The translations under genes and the position numbers were made by a program. Source: Bacteroidota bacterium (GTDB lineage Bacteria; Bacteroidota; Bacteroidia; CAILMK01). Taken from it: a stretch of 48,782 nucleotides of DNA. How positions within the stretch are numbered: the stretch's first letter is position 1; the number at the start of each line of letters is the position of its first letter. The notes under the pieces were generated by a model. The model worked only from the letters and a program-made list of their open reading frames with translations. It was not told the DNA's origin and did no database searches. This document shows, in pieces, positions 48,749 through 48,782 of the stretch. The stretch spans positions 11,032-59,813 of the forward strand of contig DAIUCM010000005.1 in the NCBI GenBank assembly GCA_036846145.1, in the 5' to 3' direction.

Positions 48749-48782
48749 AATTAAACCTGAAGCATTTTACAGTATATTATAT

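Overview
This 48.8-kb window looks like a Bacteroidota chromosome, most likely from the Chitinophagia or Sphingobacteriia lineage. The evidence is T9SS C-terminal sorting domains, genes without Shine-Dalgarno sequences, and GH3, DUF4294-like and large TPR proteins. The backbone is housekeeping: pfkA, a GH3 gene, a signal-peptide TPR protein plus an outer-membrane beta-barrel, a minus-strand cmk-aroB-aroA-aroC operon, a UvrD/AddA-like helicase, a PspA/YqiJ-like/flotillin membrane-stress cluster, a rhomboid protease and the cyanophycin pair cphA/cphB. I found no rRNA, tRNA or CRISPR arrays. The most striking locus is a visibly AT-rich island of about 5.4 kb at 21.2-26.5 kb. It is a five-gene, translationally coupled operon of vsr, dcm, a DUF262 (ParB/Srx-like) protein, an ABC-type AAA ATPase with a HIHP motif (DUF3696-like), and a 308-aa protein with no recognisable motifs. 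I read it as a candidate uncharacterised restriction-like defence module tied to a Dcm/Vsr modification pair. Several other things deserve a second look. A bipartite intergenic motif (AAAGCATTTTT-N11-TATATGG) recurs at least 13 times. Two copies of a MITE-like palindromic repeat bracket about 20 kb. There is a 630-bp foldback element and a 190-bp element with 36-40-bp terminal inverted repeats. A compact multi-hairpin element sits between aroA and aroC. A FUS-like SYGQ/G-rich low-complexity protein gene is cut off by the window start. A 1641-aa protein carries a C-terminal AAA_5 ATPase domain. All calls rest on reading the sequence, translations and motifs by eye; no database search or computation was run.
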